Of a stretch of DNA of 64,000 nt, positions 19,317-28,992 are shown one piece after another; the stretch's first letter is position 1; each line of letters opens with the position of its first letter. The translations under genes were made by a program, and so were the position numbers. The notes beneath the pieces are model-generated. The model was not told the DNA's origin. It made no database searches and saw only the letters and a list, made by a program, of their open reading frames with translations. Source of the stretch: Candidatus Woesearchaeota archaeon (GTDB lineage: Archaea; Nanobdellota; Nanobdellia; Woesearchaeales; ARS49); the NCBI GenBank assembly GCA_016203225.1, contig JACQNC010000014.1, forward strand, positions 91,715 to 155,714, given 5' to 3'.

Positions 19317-19648
19317 CCTATCACAACTGGCCTGTACAGGACCTTCTTGCCGTGGTCATTCCGCACGACTATCCTCGCGAGATAGACGTCGTCAGCATAC
19401 CAGGGAAGCTCTCCTTCCAAGGTGGTCGCGAAATCGTCATCGTCCTCGAACGGACCCTGCCGAAGCCTTAACCCGAGTTCGGGGATGAACAGCGTGACCG
19501 TGAGGTCCTCCTGGTCGTTCGCATCGACCGATACGTGCGCATACATCGTGCGATCCGCGACATCGACGCTCGCGCGGTCGATCCCGGCGAATGCGGCCAC
19601 AAGCGTGCTGGCAAGCAAAAACCCAAGAACCCAAACAAATCCTTTCAT
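19313..19648 (-). CDS. Secreted hypothetical protein
   Basis: N-terminal signal peptide, acidic. Confidence 0.4.
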   Translation of the reverse strand: MKGFVWVLGFLLASTLVAAFAGIDRASVDVADRTMYAHVSVDANDQEDLTVTLFIPELGLRLRQGPFEDDDDFATTLEGELPWYADDVYLARIVVRNDHGKKVLYRPVVIG

Positions 19649-19750
19649 GCCCTTGGGCGCGTGTCCCTGCTATTAAACGATTGTTGTCATGCATCAAATA
19701 GGTCGTATCCTTTATAAACGGTCATCCAGGACCTCGATTCGGTGAGTGAC

Positions 19751-20038
19751 ATGAAGACGATCCAAGTGGTGGGCGAGACCATCTCGCTCGAAGGCACGTT
19801 CTTGGTGGACGTAGACGCGTCCCAGACGGATGCGATACAACGGACGCTTTCCGCTGCCTTGACGCCCCGCCTCGAGTCGCGGGCCCGGGAACTGGCAGCC
19901 AAACGTGAACGCCCTTATGTCGCGATGGAAGACCCGGACGTAACATTCGACGCCTACGACTTCCCGCATAAGACCGAAGTGGTCTGGGTGGCGACAGCGG
20001 TCGTGTTGATGAAAAAGGATTATATACATCGCCCGTGA
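19751..20038 (+). CDS. Hypothetical protein
   Basis: TATA 19711-19718 lies 33 nt upstream of the ATG. Confidence 0.4.
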   Translation: MKTIQVVGETISLEGTFLVDVDASQTDAIQRTLSAALTPRLESRARELAAKRERPYVAMEDPDVTFDAYDFPHKTEVVWVATAVVLMKKDYIHRP

Positions 20039-20048
20039 CTGTTTCCGC

Positions 20049-20777
20049 ATGCAGCTCGCGAACGGCGTAGACGCCATCGATCTCGCGATATATCTTCCCG
20101 TCCACGAAACGCTAGTCCTGTCCGACCTCCACATGGGATTCGAGGAATCCCTCAACGCGCAAGGCGTCCTCGTGCCCAGGACACACTACAAGGACCTGGT
20201 CGATCGGCTGGAACTCATCTTCGCGGAACTCAAGAACCGCAGACAGCGCGTCAGCCAGGTGGTGATCACGGGCGACCTGAAGCACGAGTTCGGAGGCATC
20301 CGAAGACAGGAGTGGAAAGACGTCTCGCGCATCGTCGACTACCTTCTGCGGCGCGTAGAGAGGCTCGTCCTCATCAAGGGCAACCACGATGTCCAGCTCG
20401 GACCGATCGCGACGCGCCGCGGATTGGAACTCGTCAAGGACGTCCGGCTCGGTGACGTCCTAATAATCCATGGCGACCAGGAGCCCAATGACCTGAAGGG
20501 AGTGACGACCATCATCATGGGGCACGAACATCCCGCCATCGGGTTGCGTAGCGGAACGCGCGTTGAGCGTTTCAAATGCTACCTTGTCGGGAGATACAAG
20601 CGCAAGACGCTCATCGTGCAACCGTCAGCCAATCTCTTGACAGAAGGCAGCGATGTCATGAAAGAACAGACCTTGAGTCCCTTGCTATCAAAAGATATCC
20701 TATCATTCAAGGCTTTCGTCCTAGATGACAAGAAACGGGAGCTGCTCGACTTCGGCGTGATCAGGCGGTTGCGCTAG
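20049..20777 (+). CDS. Calcineurin-like metallophosphoesterase
   Basis: Motifs LSDLHMG, GDL, GNHD, GHEH. Confidence 0.8.
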   Translation: MQLANGVDAIDLAIYLPVHETLVLSDLHMGFEESLNAQGVLVPRTHYKDLVDRLELIFAELKNRRQRVSQVVITGDLKHEFGGIRRQEWKDVSRIVDYLLRRVERLVLIKGNHDVQLGPIATRRGLELVKDVRLGDVLIIHGDQEPNDLKGVTTIIMGHEHPAIGLRSGTRVERFKCYLVGRYKRKTLIVQPSANLLTEGSDVMKEQTLSPLLSKDILSFKAFVLDDKKRELLDFGVIRRLR

Positions 20778-22137
20778 AAACGACGCGGTTCCTGCCCGAG
20801 TTTTTCGCCTGGTACAGCGCTGTGTCAGCCGAGGAGAAAAGCTGGTTGAACCCATCCGCGTTGTCGGGGAACGCTGCCACGCCTATGCTGACGGTGAGAT
20901 TGGCGCGGCCTGGCTCGCCTTTCCGCAGTTCGCTCATCAAAGTCACGGTCTTGTCCGCAATCAACGTCCTCAGATGCTCAGCGACACCCGCAGCATGAAT
21001 CTTGTCGGTGTTCGGCAGGAACACGACGAACTCCTCGCCGCCCCAGCGTCCGACTATATCCGAGGTGCGTACGTTCTCGTGCATGATCCTCGCGACCAAC
21101 GCCAACGCGCGGTCGCCCGCGTCATGGCCGTAGGTGTCGTTGATGCCCTTGAAATGGTCGATGTCGACCACCAGCAACGCGGCGGGCCAACGGTTGCGCC
21201 GCGCCAGCGACAGTTGGGGTTCTGCCAATTGCAGGAACGTGCGCCTGTTCGGGACTTGCGTGAGGAAGTCGATCCCTCCCGCGGCAGCCTCGGTCTCGAC
21301 GTGCTCTGTCCGGTGCACGGCGAACGTCCCGGCGAGGTTCAACACGCGTTCTGCCTCCGGCCCGAGCGCAACCTTGTGCCTGAGGATTATGCGTTGGAGC
21401 TCCTGGAATTCTGAAGGCTTGGAGAACCCCGCGATCACCTTCAGCAACGCGTCAGCGGTCATCTTGTTGGCCTGCTGAAGATCGAGGATGATCCGCTCGA
21501 CCGTACGCTGTTTGGCCAGCGCGAGGTTCAACGCGTCGAGAGCGTCCTTCTGCTTCCGCAACACGAGCTCAAGTGCGCGTTCGACGGCATCGAGGTCGTC
21601 GGCCCACGCGACGGCCTGGTTCGGGCCCGGCTGCGGCGTCTGCTCGATGCTCCGAAGCGTTGCCTGTTCCTGCTCCAGGAGGCGTTTCTTGTCCGACTGC
21701 CTGGCCCGCCAATCGCCCAATCTCGCGGTGATGAACGCGGAGATGTCCGTGATCTGTTTGCGCTTGGCCGCGAGCGCCAGCCTTTCAGCGAACGCGGCTG
21801 CCATGCCCTTCTGTTCGAGTTCCTGCTGCAGAGCTTCCGTATCCTCGAACTGGATCTTCGACTGCTGCAGGATCTGCTGGCGCACTGACTCGAACTCCTG
21901 ATCGAGCGGTCGCAACGTCACCATGAACGAAGGGAAGATATCAGCCATGATGCGAACGATGACCTGCCGGACGGTCGCGGTGTCGTTCTGGCGCAACGCG
22001 AAAATCAACCCCCTGACAAGCTGCCGGTGCGGCTCAATCGTGCCTAGCTCTGCCTCGAGGCTGTGCAATTGCAGCTGTTCGTCAGAAGTGAGGCTGGCGA
22101 GAAGCTGGATGATCCGTCGCGCGTCCTCCTCTTTCAC
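20761..22137 (-). CDS. GGDEF-domain diguanylate cyclase with N-terminal coiled-coil domain
   Basis: Complete GGDEF domain: RRTF, DIDHFKGINDTYGH, GGEEF active-site variant, SIGVA, ADTALYQAK. TATA about 25 nt upstream. Confidence 0.85.
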   Translation of the reverse strand: MKEEDARRIIQLLASLTSDEQLQLHSLEAELGTIEPHRQLVRGLIFALRQNDTATVRQVIVRIMADIFPSFMVTLRPLDQEFESVRQQILQQSKIQFEDTEALQQELEQKGMAAAFAERLALAAKRKQITDISAFITARLGDWRARQSDKKRLLEQEQATLRSIEQTPQPGPNQAVAWADDLDAVERALELVLRKQKDALDALNLALAKQRTVERIILDLQQANKMTADALLKVIAGFSKPSEFQELQRIILRHKVALGPEAERVLNLAGTFAVHRTEHVETEAAAGGIDFLTQVPNRRTFLQLAEPQLSLARRNRWPAALLVVDIDHFKGINDTYGHDAGDRALALVARIMHENVRTSDIVGRWGGEEFVVFLPNTDKIHAAGVAEHLRTLIADKTVTLMSELRKGEPGRANLTVSIGVAAFPDNADGFNQLFSSADTALYQAKNSGRNRVVSSATA

Positions 22138-22162
22138 AGGCGGGATACGACAAGAACTATAT

Positions 22163-22549
22163 TTAAAGCTTCAGGTGGTGCTTGTAGTCTCTCGCAAGCG
22201 CTTCGGTGATGGTCTTGCAATGACCGTCGACTACCGAGAAGGAATTCTTTGAAGCGCCTTCGAGGCGTGAAGAGACGTCATCCTTGTGCGCGCCGAGCAG
22301 GTCCGCGAACGCCGAAGACGGGTCGCGGCATTCCTGAGCAGCGGTCTGGACAGCCTCCGCGAGCAGGGTCACGATGTAGCTCATCGTCCCGAACACGAAC
22401 GCCCGATGGCGCACGTAGTCCGCGGAGAAATCGGTGGGTCGCTCGATGGATTGCTCGCTCGCGAACCGTCTGAGGATCTCCTCGGTGCGTCCTATGCGTT
22501 TCGTCCATTGCTCGAGCACTTCGATGCCCGGCACAGCGACATCTGCCAT
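22163..22549 (-). CDS. Hypothetical protein
   Basis: TATA TTTATAAA (22573-22580) lies 24 nt upstream (leaderless). Confidence 0.45.
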   Translation of the reverse strand: MADVAVPGIEVLEQWTKRIGRTEEILRRFASEQSIERPTDFSADYVRHRAFVFGTMSYIVTLLAEAVQTAAQECRDPSSAFADLLGAHKDDVSSRLEGASKNSFSVVDGHCKTITEALARDYKHHLKL

Positions 22550-22647
22550 GATTTGATGGCAGCGAACAGCTCTTTATAAATCTTTGCTTTTATACTACTT
22601 AAAAGAGACAACAAATCCTTCTTAAACGAAGACCGCAATCATAAGCC

Positions 22648-23289
22648 ATGCTCGCCGTGCTTGCGCCTATCCTGCACATAGACCAGTATCTAGGCATGCT
22701 CATCCAGGAATTCGGGATAATGGTATACGCGCTGCTTTTCTTGATCATCTTCGCAGAGACCGGGCTCGTCGTGTTACCGTTCCTGCCAGGCGACAGCCTG
22801 CTATTCGCGGCAGGCGCGTTCGCCGCGCTCGGCAGCCTCAATATCTGGACCCTGCTGATCCTACTCGCTATCGCCGCGATACTTGGGGACACGGCGAATT
22901 ACTGGATCGGCGCAAAGGTCGGCCCTCGCGTCTTCACCAAGGAACACGGCATCCTCTTCAGGCGCGAATACCTCGACCGCACGCACGCGTTCTACGACAA
23001 GTACGGCACGAAGACGATAATCCTGGCGCGGTTCGTTCCGATCGTTCGCACCTTCGCGCCGTTCGTGGCAGGCATCGGCAAGATGCGCTACGTGACCTTC
23101 CTCGCGTACAACGTCATAGGCGGACTCGCATGGATCATTTTCTTCGTCCTCGGCGGGTTCTACTTCGGCAACATCCCGCTGGTCAAGGACAACTTCGGCC
23201 TCGTCATCATCGTGATAATCGTGCTCTCCGTGCTGCCGCTCGTGTGCGAGATCTGCTACCACAAACTGAAGAAGTGTCCTACTGCCTGA
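22648..23289 (+). CDS. DedA/SNARE-associated family membrane protein
   Basis: Motif ETGLVVLPFLPGDSLLFAAGA. Confidence 0.85.
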   Translation: MLAVLAPILHIDQYLGMLIQEFGIMVYALLFLIIFAETGLVVLPFLPGDSLLFAAGAFAALGSLNIWTLLILLAIAAILGDTANYWIGAKVGPRVFTKEHGILFRREYLDRTHAFYDKYGTKTIILARFVPIVRTFAPFVAGIGKMRYVTFLAYNVIGGLAWIIFFVLGGFYFGNIPLVKDNFGLVIIVIIVLSVLPLVCEICYHKLKKCPTA

Positions 23290-23300
23290 ACGCTCCTTGT

Positions 23301-23450
23301 CGTTCCTCGTCCCTCCGCTTTTCTCCCCCGGCAGTTTTGAGGTCGCGTTACATGCAGAACGCAGCGTTCTGCTGTACAGCCGAGACCTTCGGGCTCGGCA
23401 TGTATCGGTATTGATTCAATAGCAAGTATACCACTACAAACCTGCATGGG
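23301..23450 (+). repeat. Intergenic structured repeat, copy D (with nested hairpin insertions)
   Basis: CCGCTTTTCTCCCCCGGCAGTTTTG...hairpins CAGAACGC/GCGTTCTG and GCCGAG/CTCGGC...TATCGGTATTGATTCAATAG...ACCACTACAAACCTGCATGGG. Confidence 0.65.
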
Positions 23451-23530
23451 CATGGCTGCTTTGGAAGTTTGGGCGGCGTATCTCTGTTTCATGCAGAAGT
23501 TTTTTAAACGGCTTCTTTGCCTTTCAGGGT

Positions 23531-24484
23531 ATGCCTTTGAATGAGAAACTGGACGACATCCAGGATGGCCAAGACGGCATCCCTGGTAGTGACGATGATT
23601 ATGTCGGGGTGCTTGGCTGTCTCCATTACGCAAAACTCGGGCTTCTCACGACCGCTGCAACGGTGGCGCTCATCGCGCTGAGCTGTTCCAACGGCACATT
23701 GCGCGCGAAAGGCGAACAGCAACCGCAGCAGATCGTAATCAAGGAAAGCGAGGAGGACGCAGCCTACCGCCGCGCCCGGCGCGAACACCTCGAAGGAGAC
23801 CTGCCTGCCGCGGTCGGACTATACGAAAAATGCACCGATGATGCGCACAAACGACGCGTCGCATCACACTTATTATCGATCAAGACAACATACCGGACGC
23901 TCGACAGCCTCACGGATCTAACGATACAAAGCCTCAAACGAAACGCACAGACCTATCGCGAGGCCATCCATGACGCGAAGGCGGCTGTCGAAGACGCTCC
24001 CGAGAACCCATCAGCATACGCTGCGCTCGGGAGACTACAAATGTGCGCAGGCAATTTCGACGCAGCCGAGACAGCATACAAGGAATCCTTCGAACTCCTA
24101 CGCAACGCAGGCAAGGACGACGTAGCTGTCCGCGCAGGCATCATCCAAACAGCCATCTTCAAGAAGGACTATGACGCGGCCATCGACCTCGCGGAGAGGA
24201 CATGGAACCTCTATCCCTGGGAGACAGATATCGCCCAGCGACTGATAGATGCGTACAACCTGGCGGGCAGGATAGACAAGGCGCGCTCGGTCGTGTCGGC
24301 ATTGCGCATCCAGGACCCTAAGAACGAAGGATACATCCGTCAAGAGGCCAGCCTCGCGTGGTATTGCGAAGACTACGGCGGTGTCATCGGAGCGTACGCA
24401 GAGCTCATAAAGCGTGATGTCAAGGACAAGCGGTTCCTCCAGGAACAGATAGTCCAGCTCCAGACATTGCTCAAGAATGACTAG
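23531..24484 (+). CDS. TPR-repeat lipoprotein
   Basis: Lipobox-like LSCS after a hydrophobic stretch. Multiple TPR-like helical repeats. Confidence 0.55.
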   Translation: MPLNEKLDDIQDGQDGIPGSDDDYVGVLGCLHYAKLGLLTTAATVALIALSCSNGTLRAKGEQQPQQIVIKESEEDAAYRRARREHLEGDLPAAVGLYEKCTDDAHKRRVASHLLSIKTTYRTLDSLTDLTIQSLKRNAQTYREAIHDAKAAVEDAPENPSAYAALGRLQMCAGNFDAAETAYKESFELLRNAGKDDVAVRAGIIQTAIFKKDYDAAIDLAERTWNLYPWETDIAQRLIDAYNLAGRIDKARSVVSALRIQDPKNEGYIRQEASLAWYCEDYGGVIGAYAELIKRDVKDKRFLQEQIVQLQTLLKND

Positions 24485-24630
24485 AACGCGTGACCGCACG
24501 ACTTGCACGCATGCGTCTTCAACTTCTCCTTGTACTCAGTCGTGAGCCCGAACTGCACCTTGCTCTGACAGCCAGGACAGTGCGGTTCCAGGTTTTCCAC
24601 CTGTTCGAAAAAGTTCACAAGGACGACCAT
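24481..24630 (-). CDS. Small zinc-ribbon protein (49 aa)
   Basis: CPGC...CKSC. AT-rich TATA region upstream (24655-24680). Confidence 0.4.
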   Translation of the reverse strand: MVVLVNFFEQVENLEPHCPGCQSKVQFGLTTEYKEKLKTHACKSCGHAF

Positions 24631-24685
24631 CGGGAAAAACGATGGTGGCTGAGCTTTTAAGCATTTTTATATAAATTATAAAGCA

Positions 24686-27130
24686 TCAGAACCCGCCGAG
24701 CGTGCTCTGGCTCCCTTGCTGCGTGAACTCGTCCACGCTCACGCCCAAAACCGCGAAAATGCGTTCCACCGCAGGGATGACCTGGTGTTCGATGTAGTAG
24801 TCCGCATCATACTCTTCCTGGTCGGCCTCATCCTCGAGCTTGACCCTGTCGCGGATCTTGCCCTTGCCCTTCGTCACTACATACTTGATCATGTCGCCTG
24901 GCCCGACGTCGACACCGCGGGCCTTCAAACGCTGAGCAGCAGCCACGTGCGGACCAATCGCGGCGTACTCGCCCACGTCGCGCGTGAGTTGAGTCCAGAT
25001 GACGACCTTTTCCAAAGGGACCTTGTTGGACTTCAGGTCCGCGATGACACTCTTTACGTGCGCGAGCGCCTTCTGGCCATCACCTTCCCCGAGGATGATC
25101 CGCAAGACCTCCTTCTGGGTCTCCTTCGCGATGAACGCAGTGTTCCGTCTGACCGTCTCGAAGCCACGGATCTTCATGCTGCCCTTGCGGTCGATGAGCG
25201 CGTACTTCTTCTTCGCGCCTGCCTCCGATGCCTTGACAGCGACGAAGATGCCGCGGGGGTAGAAGCTTTCGTATTCCAACTCCATCAGGCCGGGCAATTC
25301 CTTGTTGATGCGCTGCACGAACGCCTTCGCATCATCCTCCGATTTCTTGCCTAGCATAAGAAAAACCGAGTCAGTGTCAGAATAAAGCACGGTGAACTTA
25401 TCCTTCTGCGCGCTCCCGATGACCTTCGTGATATAGTACCGTCCGTACGCGAGGATGCTTTGCCCGCATTCGAAACAGTACCAGCGCGCAGGCGCGAACC
25501 CAAGATAGCCGAAGAACGCGTTGGACAGAACTTTCAACGCCTCACTGCGCGCAGCGAGCAGGGTGTCCTTGGTCTGCTTGAGCAAAACCTTGATACGCGC
25601 GCGGCGCGCGATCAGGTCCTCGATTATGGTCGCGAGGAACCCCCGCTTCTTCGTGCAGAACCGGTACGTTTCGCCTTCCATCGGGACGAGCGGGGCATCC
25701 GGGCAGCAGGAACAGTTAAACGTGCCGGGAGATATGTTGTGAGAGGCGATGATGCTCGGATAAAGCGAACGATAGTCATACACCACGATGTCCTTGTACA
25801 GTCCTGGTGTGGGCTCGAACACGAGCGCGCCTTTGAGACGGAGCTGCATGCGCGCCGATTGCTGCATGTAGGGGGGCCTGTTCGGTGTGACCTCGTTGAA
25901 AGCCGCGGCTTGCTTTATGATGTACCACTCGACGAGCTGCGAGAAGCTCATCCTGTTGATGTCCCACAACGGAAGCCCGATGATCTTGACGAACTCGATC
26001 ATGTTCGGCAACACCTTCAACGTGAGATCGTAAGTGAGCTTGGAATCCTGCAGGTTGTACTTAGCGAACGTGTCCAGCTCCTCGGAGGCTGCGTCCCATG
26101 CGGGCGCGAGCCGGTCAAGGTCGACGTCGTGCTTGCCCTCTCCCAGAAGCTCTCCCGCGACCGCGTCCAGCGTGAACACGTCGGTCTCCATGCTCCTGCT
26201 GATTATCTTCCTTATGAACTTGAAGACGTCGACGTGAACGATGCCCGCGATCTGTGCGGTCGTCTGGCCGCGACCCGAGACCTTCAGCTCGGAATGATCC
26301 AGACCGATGTCGAGCTTGAGCCTGTACTTGTCCGCGCGCGTCCGGATGTACGGCAGGTCGAATCCATCCGAGAAATATCCTGCGAGGATGTCCGGCTTGT
26401 ACTCATCCACGAGCTCCTTGAAGCGCTGCAACAGATCCGCCTCGCTCGGCACGACCTCGATATACTTCTCGTGCGTGGGGAACTGTTTCCACGTGATCAC
26501 CTTGTGGAACCCGTCGCCGTAAAGAGCCAACATAAGGATTGGGTGCTTGTCGGGCATAACGCGCTTGCCCAGAGGATTGTACGTTTCGATGTCGACCGCC
26601 AGGATGCGCGGAGTTGTGAGAGCCTCCTCGTTCGCCTGCTTCACGGACGTGGCTTTCAGGACAGGCACGCGAGACTCCTCGACCATCTGCTCGCCAGTCG
26701 CTTCGATAAGAGTCATCGGTTGAAGGCACTTGTCTATCAGGTACCTACGCGCGAACTTTATGTCGTACTCGAAACAATCCTTGATCCCCGGCCATTTACG
26801 GATGGCGTCCTTTATCTCCGGCACTCCCGACGGCATGTTGACGACCACCTTGAGCAGGCGCTGCTCCTGTTCGTTGACCCGCTTCGTGATGTCCTCTGTC
26901 CTCACAACGAAGAAATCGCCTTCCTTGCTGCTCTGCCGCACTGTCGCGAGGTCGTTCTTCAGGGTCTGAAGGTCATCATCCTTCGGCCAGACATAGAAAT
27001 ACGGCTCGAAACGCGCGTCATGCACGCAGACCTGCTTTCCGTCGGGCGTGCGGCCGTACAAGTGGATGACCGCCTTCTTGTTCAGGATCCGGTACGAGAT
27101 GTCGGTGAGATAAAACCGCAGCGTTGTCAT
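24686..27130 (-). CDS. polB: DNA polymerase family B
   Basis: Motifs YDYRSLYPSII, YSDTDS, KKKYA. Confidence 0.95.
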   Translation of the reverse strand: MTTLRFYLTDISYRILNKKAVIHLYGRTPDGKQVCVHDARFEPYFYVWPKDDDLQTLKNDLATVRQSSKEGDFFVVRTEDITKRVNEQEQRLLKVVVNMPSGVPEIKDAIRKWPGIKDCFEYDIKFARRYLIDKCLQPMTLIEATGEQMVEESRVPVLKATSVKQANEEALTTPRILAVDIETYNPLGKRVMPDKHPILMLALYGDGFHKVITWKQFPTHEKYIEVVPSEADLLQRFKELVDEYKPDILAGYFSDGFDLPYIRTRADKYRLKLDIGLDHSELKVSGRGQTTAQIAGIVHVDVFKFIRKIISRSMETDVFTLDAVAGELLGEGKHDVDLDRLAPAWDAASEELDTFAKYNLQDSKLTYDLTLKVLPNMIEFVKIIGLPLWDINRMSFSQLVEWYIIKQAAAFNEVTPNRPPYMQQSARMQLRLKGALVFEPTPGLYKDIVVYDYRSLYPSIIASHNISPGTFNCSCCPDAPLVPMEGETYRFCTKKRGFLATIIEDLIARRARIKVLLKQTKDTLLAARSEALKVLSNAFFGYLGFAPARWYCFECGQSILAYGRYYITKVIGSAQKDKFTVLYSDTDSVFLMLGKKSEDDAKAFVQRINKELPGLMELEYESFYPRGIFVAVKASEAGAKKKYALIDRKGSMKIRGFETVRRNTAFIAKETQKEVLRIILGEGDGQKALAHVKSVIADLKSNKVPLEKVVIWTQLTRDVGEYAAIGPHVAAAQRLKARGVDVGPGDMIKYVVTKGKGKIRDRVKLEDEADQEEYDADYYIEHQVIPAVERIFAVLGVSVDEFTQQGSQSTLGGF

Positions 27131-27206
27131 GCTCTGACAGGGATTCTGAGACTATATTAACCATTCGGGGCAATCTTTAAATAACGATGCAGGACTTGTT
27201 GAAGCC

Positions 27207-28145
27207 ATGTACGACGTCATCATCATCGGAGGCGGTGCAGCGGGGCTCACCGCGGCCATATACGCCTGTCGCAAGGCGTTCAAGACGCTCGTGGTCTCGC
27301 CAGAATACGGTGGCCAGACCAATCTCACCAGCCACATCGAGAACTATCCAGGATTCATCGTCTCCACGGGCTGGGACCTGATGAGCAAGTTCAAGGAACA
27401 GGCCGAACACTTCGGCGCCGAGACGCGCACCGCGAAAGCGGTCAAGGTCGAGAAAAACGGAGAGAAACAGTTCACGGTTCATTTCGAGGACAAGACGTCC
27501 GAAAAATGCAAAGCGGTCATTCTATGCCACGGTAAGTTGCCACGGCCGCTGAACATCCCTGGCGAGAAGGATTTCCTCGGACGCGGACTTAGCACGTGCG
27601 CGACGTGCGACGCGCCGTTGTACAAGGGCAAGACGGTCGCAGTGATCGGTGGCGGGAACGCCGCGCTCGAGGCTGTCGAGGAACTGCGCAACGCAGGCGC
27701 AAAAAAGGTCTATCTGGTGCACCGTCGCTCTGAATTCCGCGCAGACGAGATCACGGTCAAGAAAGTCAAGGCGTTGCCCGGCGTCGAGTTCGTGCTGAAC
27801 CATTCGCCTTCAGCGATAAAGGGCGACAAGTACGTCACCTCATTCGAAATCGAGGACGTCGCGACCAAGAAGCGCAGGGAACTGAAGGTCGACGGAGTGT
27901 TCTCAGAGATAGGGCATATCGCGGATTCTGAGATGGTCAGACATCTCTGCAAGCTAAACGACCACGCAGAAGTCCTGGTCGACGAGGCGGGGAACACTTC
28001 ATGCCCCGGAATCTTCGCCGCAGGCGACATCACGCCCGTTCGCTACAAGCAGACAGTCATCGCCGCAGGCGAAGGCGCCAAAGCGGCGCTTGAGTGCCAC
28101 CGGTATCTAACTGGCGGCACGGCGACAGGAGAGTACAGTAAGTAG
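27207..28145 (+). CDS. trxB: Thioredoxin reductase
   Basis: MYDVIIIGGGAAG, CATCDA redox centre, GDITP. Confidence 0.85.
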   Translation: MYDVIIIGGGAAGLTAAIYACRKAFKTLVVSPEYGGQTNLTSHIENYPGFIVSTGWDLMSKFKEQAEHFGAETRTAKAVKVEKNGEKQFTVHFEDKTSEKCKAVILCHGKLPRPLNIPGEKDFLGRGLSTCATCDAPLYKGKTVAVIGGGNAALEAVEELRNAGAKKVYLVHRRSEFRADEITVKKVKALPGVEFVLNHSPSAIKGDKYVTSFEIEDVATKKRRELKVDGVFSEIGHIADSEMVRHLCKLNDHAEVLVDEAGNTSCPGIFAAGDITPVRYKQTVIAAGEGAKAALECHRYLTGGTATGEYSK

Positions 28146-28180
28146 ATAGATATTTATTCTTCAGTAGCTTTCTCAGAGTA

Positions 28181-28639
28181 ATGGCGGATGGTGTTTCTGA
28201 TGGGCCGGGATCCGGAGCGCACGTCGGCGGAATTGACGAACTGCTCGAAGCAACAACGGTAGACTTTCCAAAGCCGTTCCGGTTGCATGAGCTTGAAAAA
28301 TTCTTCGTCTATCTGTGCCAGCAGCACGGTATCGAAACGGCATACACTGTCGAGAAGCATAAGCGCACCGGGACAAAATACGACGATCAAGGGAATCAGC
28401 AGAAAGCGGAAAAACCATTGCTCGGCACGGTGAGCGCGGCAGGGATGATGCATACTCGGGAGCCGCCTTTCAAGACGTGCGGGTTCCGCACAGAACATGC
28501 CAGAAACACGAGCAGAATCAAGGCAGTCCATTTCGAAACGATCCCTGGATATGATGCTCTCTCAGAATACCGTCCAGAAGAAGTGCAGTTCTGGGCATAC
28601 ATCAAGCGCGCAGCTCAGGAATACTTCTCGAAGCTCTAG
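28181..28639 (+). CDS. Hypothetical protein
   Basis: Preferred over the overlapping minus-strand ORF on amino-acid composition. Weak. Confidence 0.3.
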   Translation: MADGVSDGPGSGAHVGGIDELLEATTVDFPKPFRLHELEKFFVYLCQQHGIETAYTVEKHKRTGTKYDDQGNQQKAEKPLLGTVSAAGMMHTREPPFKTCGFRTEHARNTSRIKAVHFETIPGYDALSEYRPEEVQFWAYIKRAAQEYFSKL

Positions 28640-28647
28640 CCCAAACA

Positions 28648-28657
28648 TTTTTATAAT
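28648..28657 (+). promoter_or_regulatory. TATA box TTTTTATAAT for the tandem small zinc-finger genes
   Basis: About 26 nt upstream of the ATG at 28679. Confidence 0.45.
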
Positions 28658-28678
28658 CATGACCTTGCTATTTTCCCC

Positions 28679-28846
28679 ATGACACTCTACCGTTGCCATA
28701 CGTGCAGCAAAGAGAGCACGAAAAAAGGGATGTGCCCCCAGTGCAATAGGGCATTCGAGAAGACCTGCGGCGTGTGCGGGCACAACATCGACTGCTGCAC
28801 ATGCACGGGCGACATACCCCAGACTAAAGGCGTGCCGCGTAAATGA
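28679..28846 (+). CDS. Small Cys-rich zinc-finger protein (55 aa)
   Basis: TATA 28648-28657 lies about 26 nt upstream of the ATG (leaderless). CxxC...CPQC...CGVC...CCTC. Confidence 0.45.
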   Translation: MTLYRCHTCSKESTKKGMCPQCNRAFEKTCGVCGHNIDCCTCTGDIPQTKGVPRK

Positions 28847-28959
28847 TGACGTACCCGCCGTGCCCTGAGTGCCACGGCCACGAGTTCGACTTCGACAAAA
28901 AGACAGGAAAACTGACCTGCAAGAAATGCGGGTACACAACATATCTGAAGGTGATCTGA
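28843..28959 (+). CDS. Small zinc-ribbon protein (38 aa)
   Basis: ATGA overlap with the preceding small gene. CPEC...CKKC. Confidence 0.4.
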   Translation: MMTYPPCPECHGHEFDFDKKTGKLTCKKCGYTTYLKVI

Positions 28960-28992
28960 ATCGGAGAATTACACAAAGCCCAACGCGTCGGC

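Noticed and set aside
25460-27160. 566-aa ORF on the + strand
   Set aside because: It lies entirely antisense to the polB gene. It has no recognisable motifs and an Arg/Leu/Val-rich composition typical of shadow ORFs in high-GC DNA.
28154-28531. 125-aa minus-strand ORF overlapping 28181-28639
   Set aside because: The two ORFs are mutually exclusive. The + strand ORF has a more protein-like composition and is followed by a promoter for the next genes, but neither is strongly supported.
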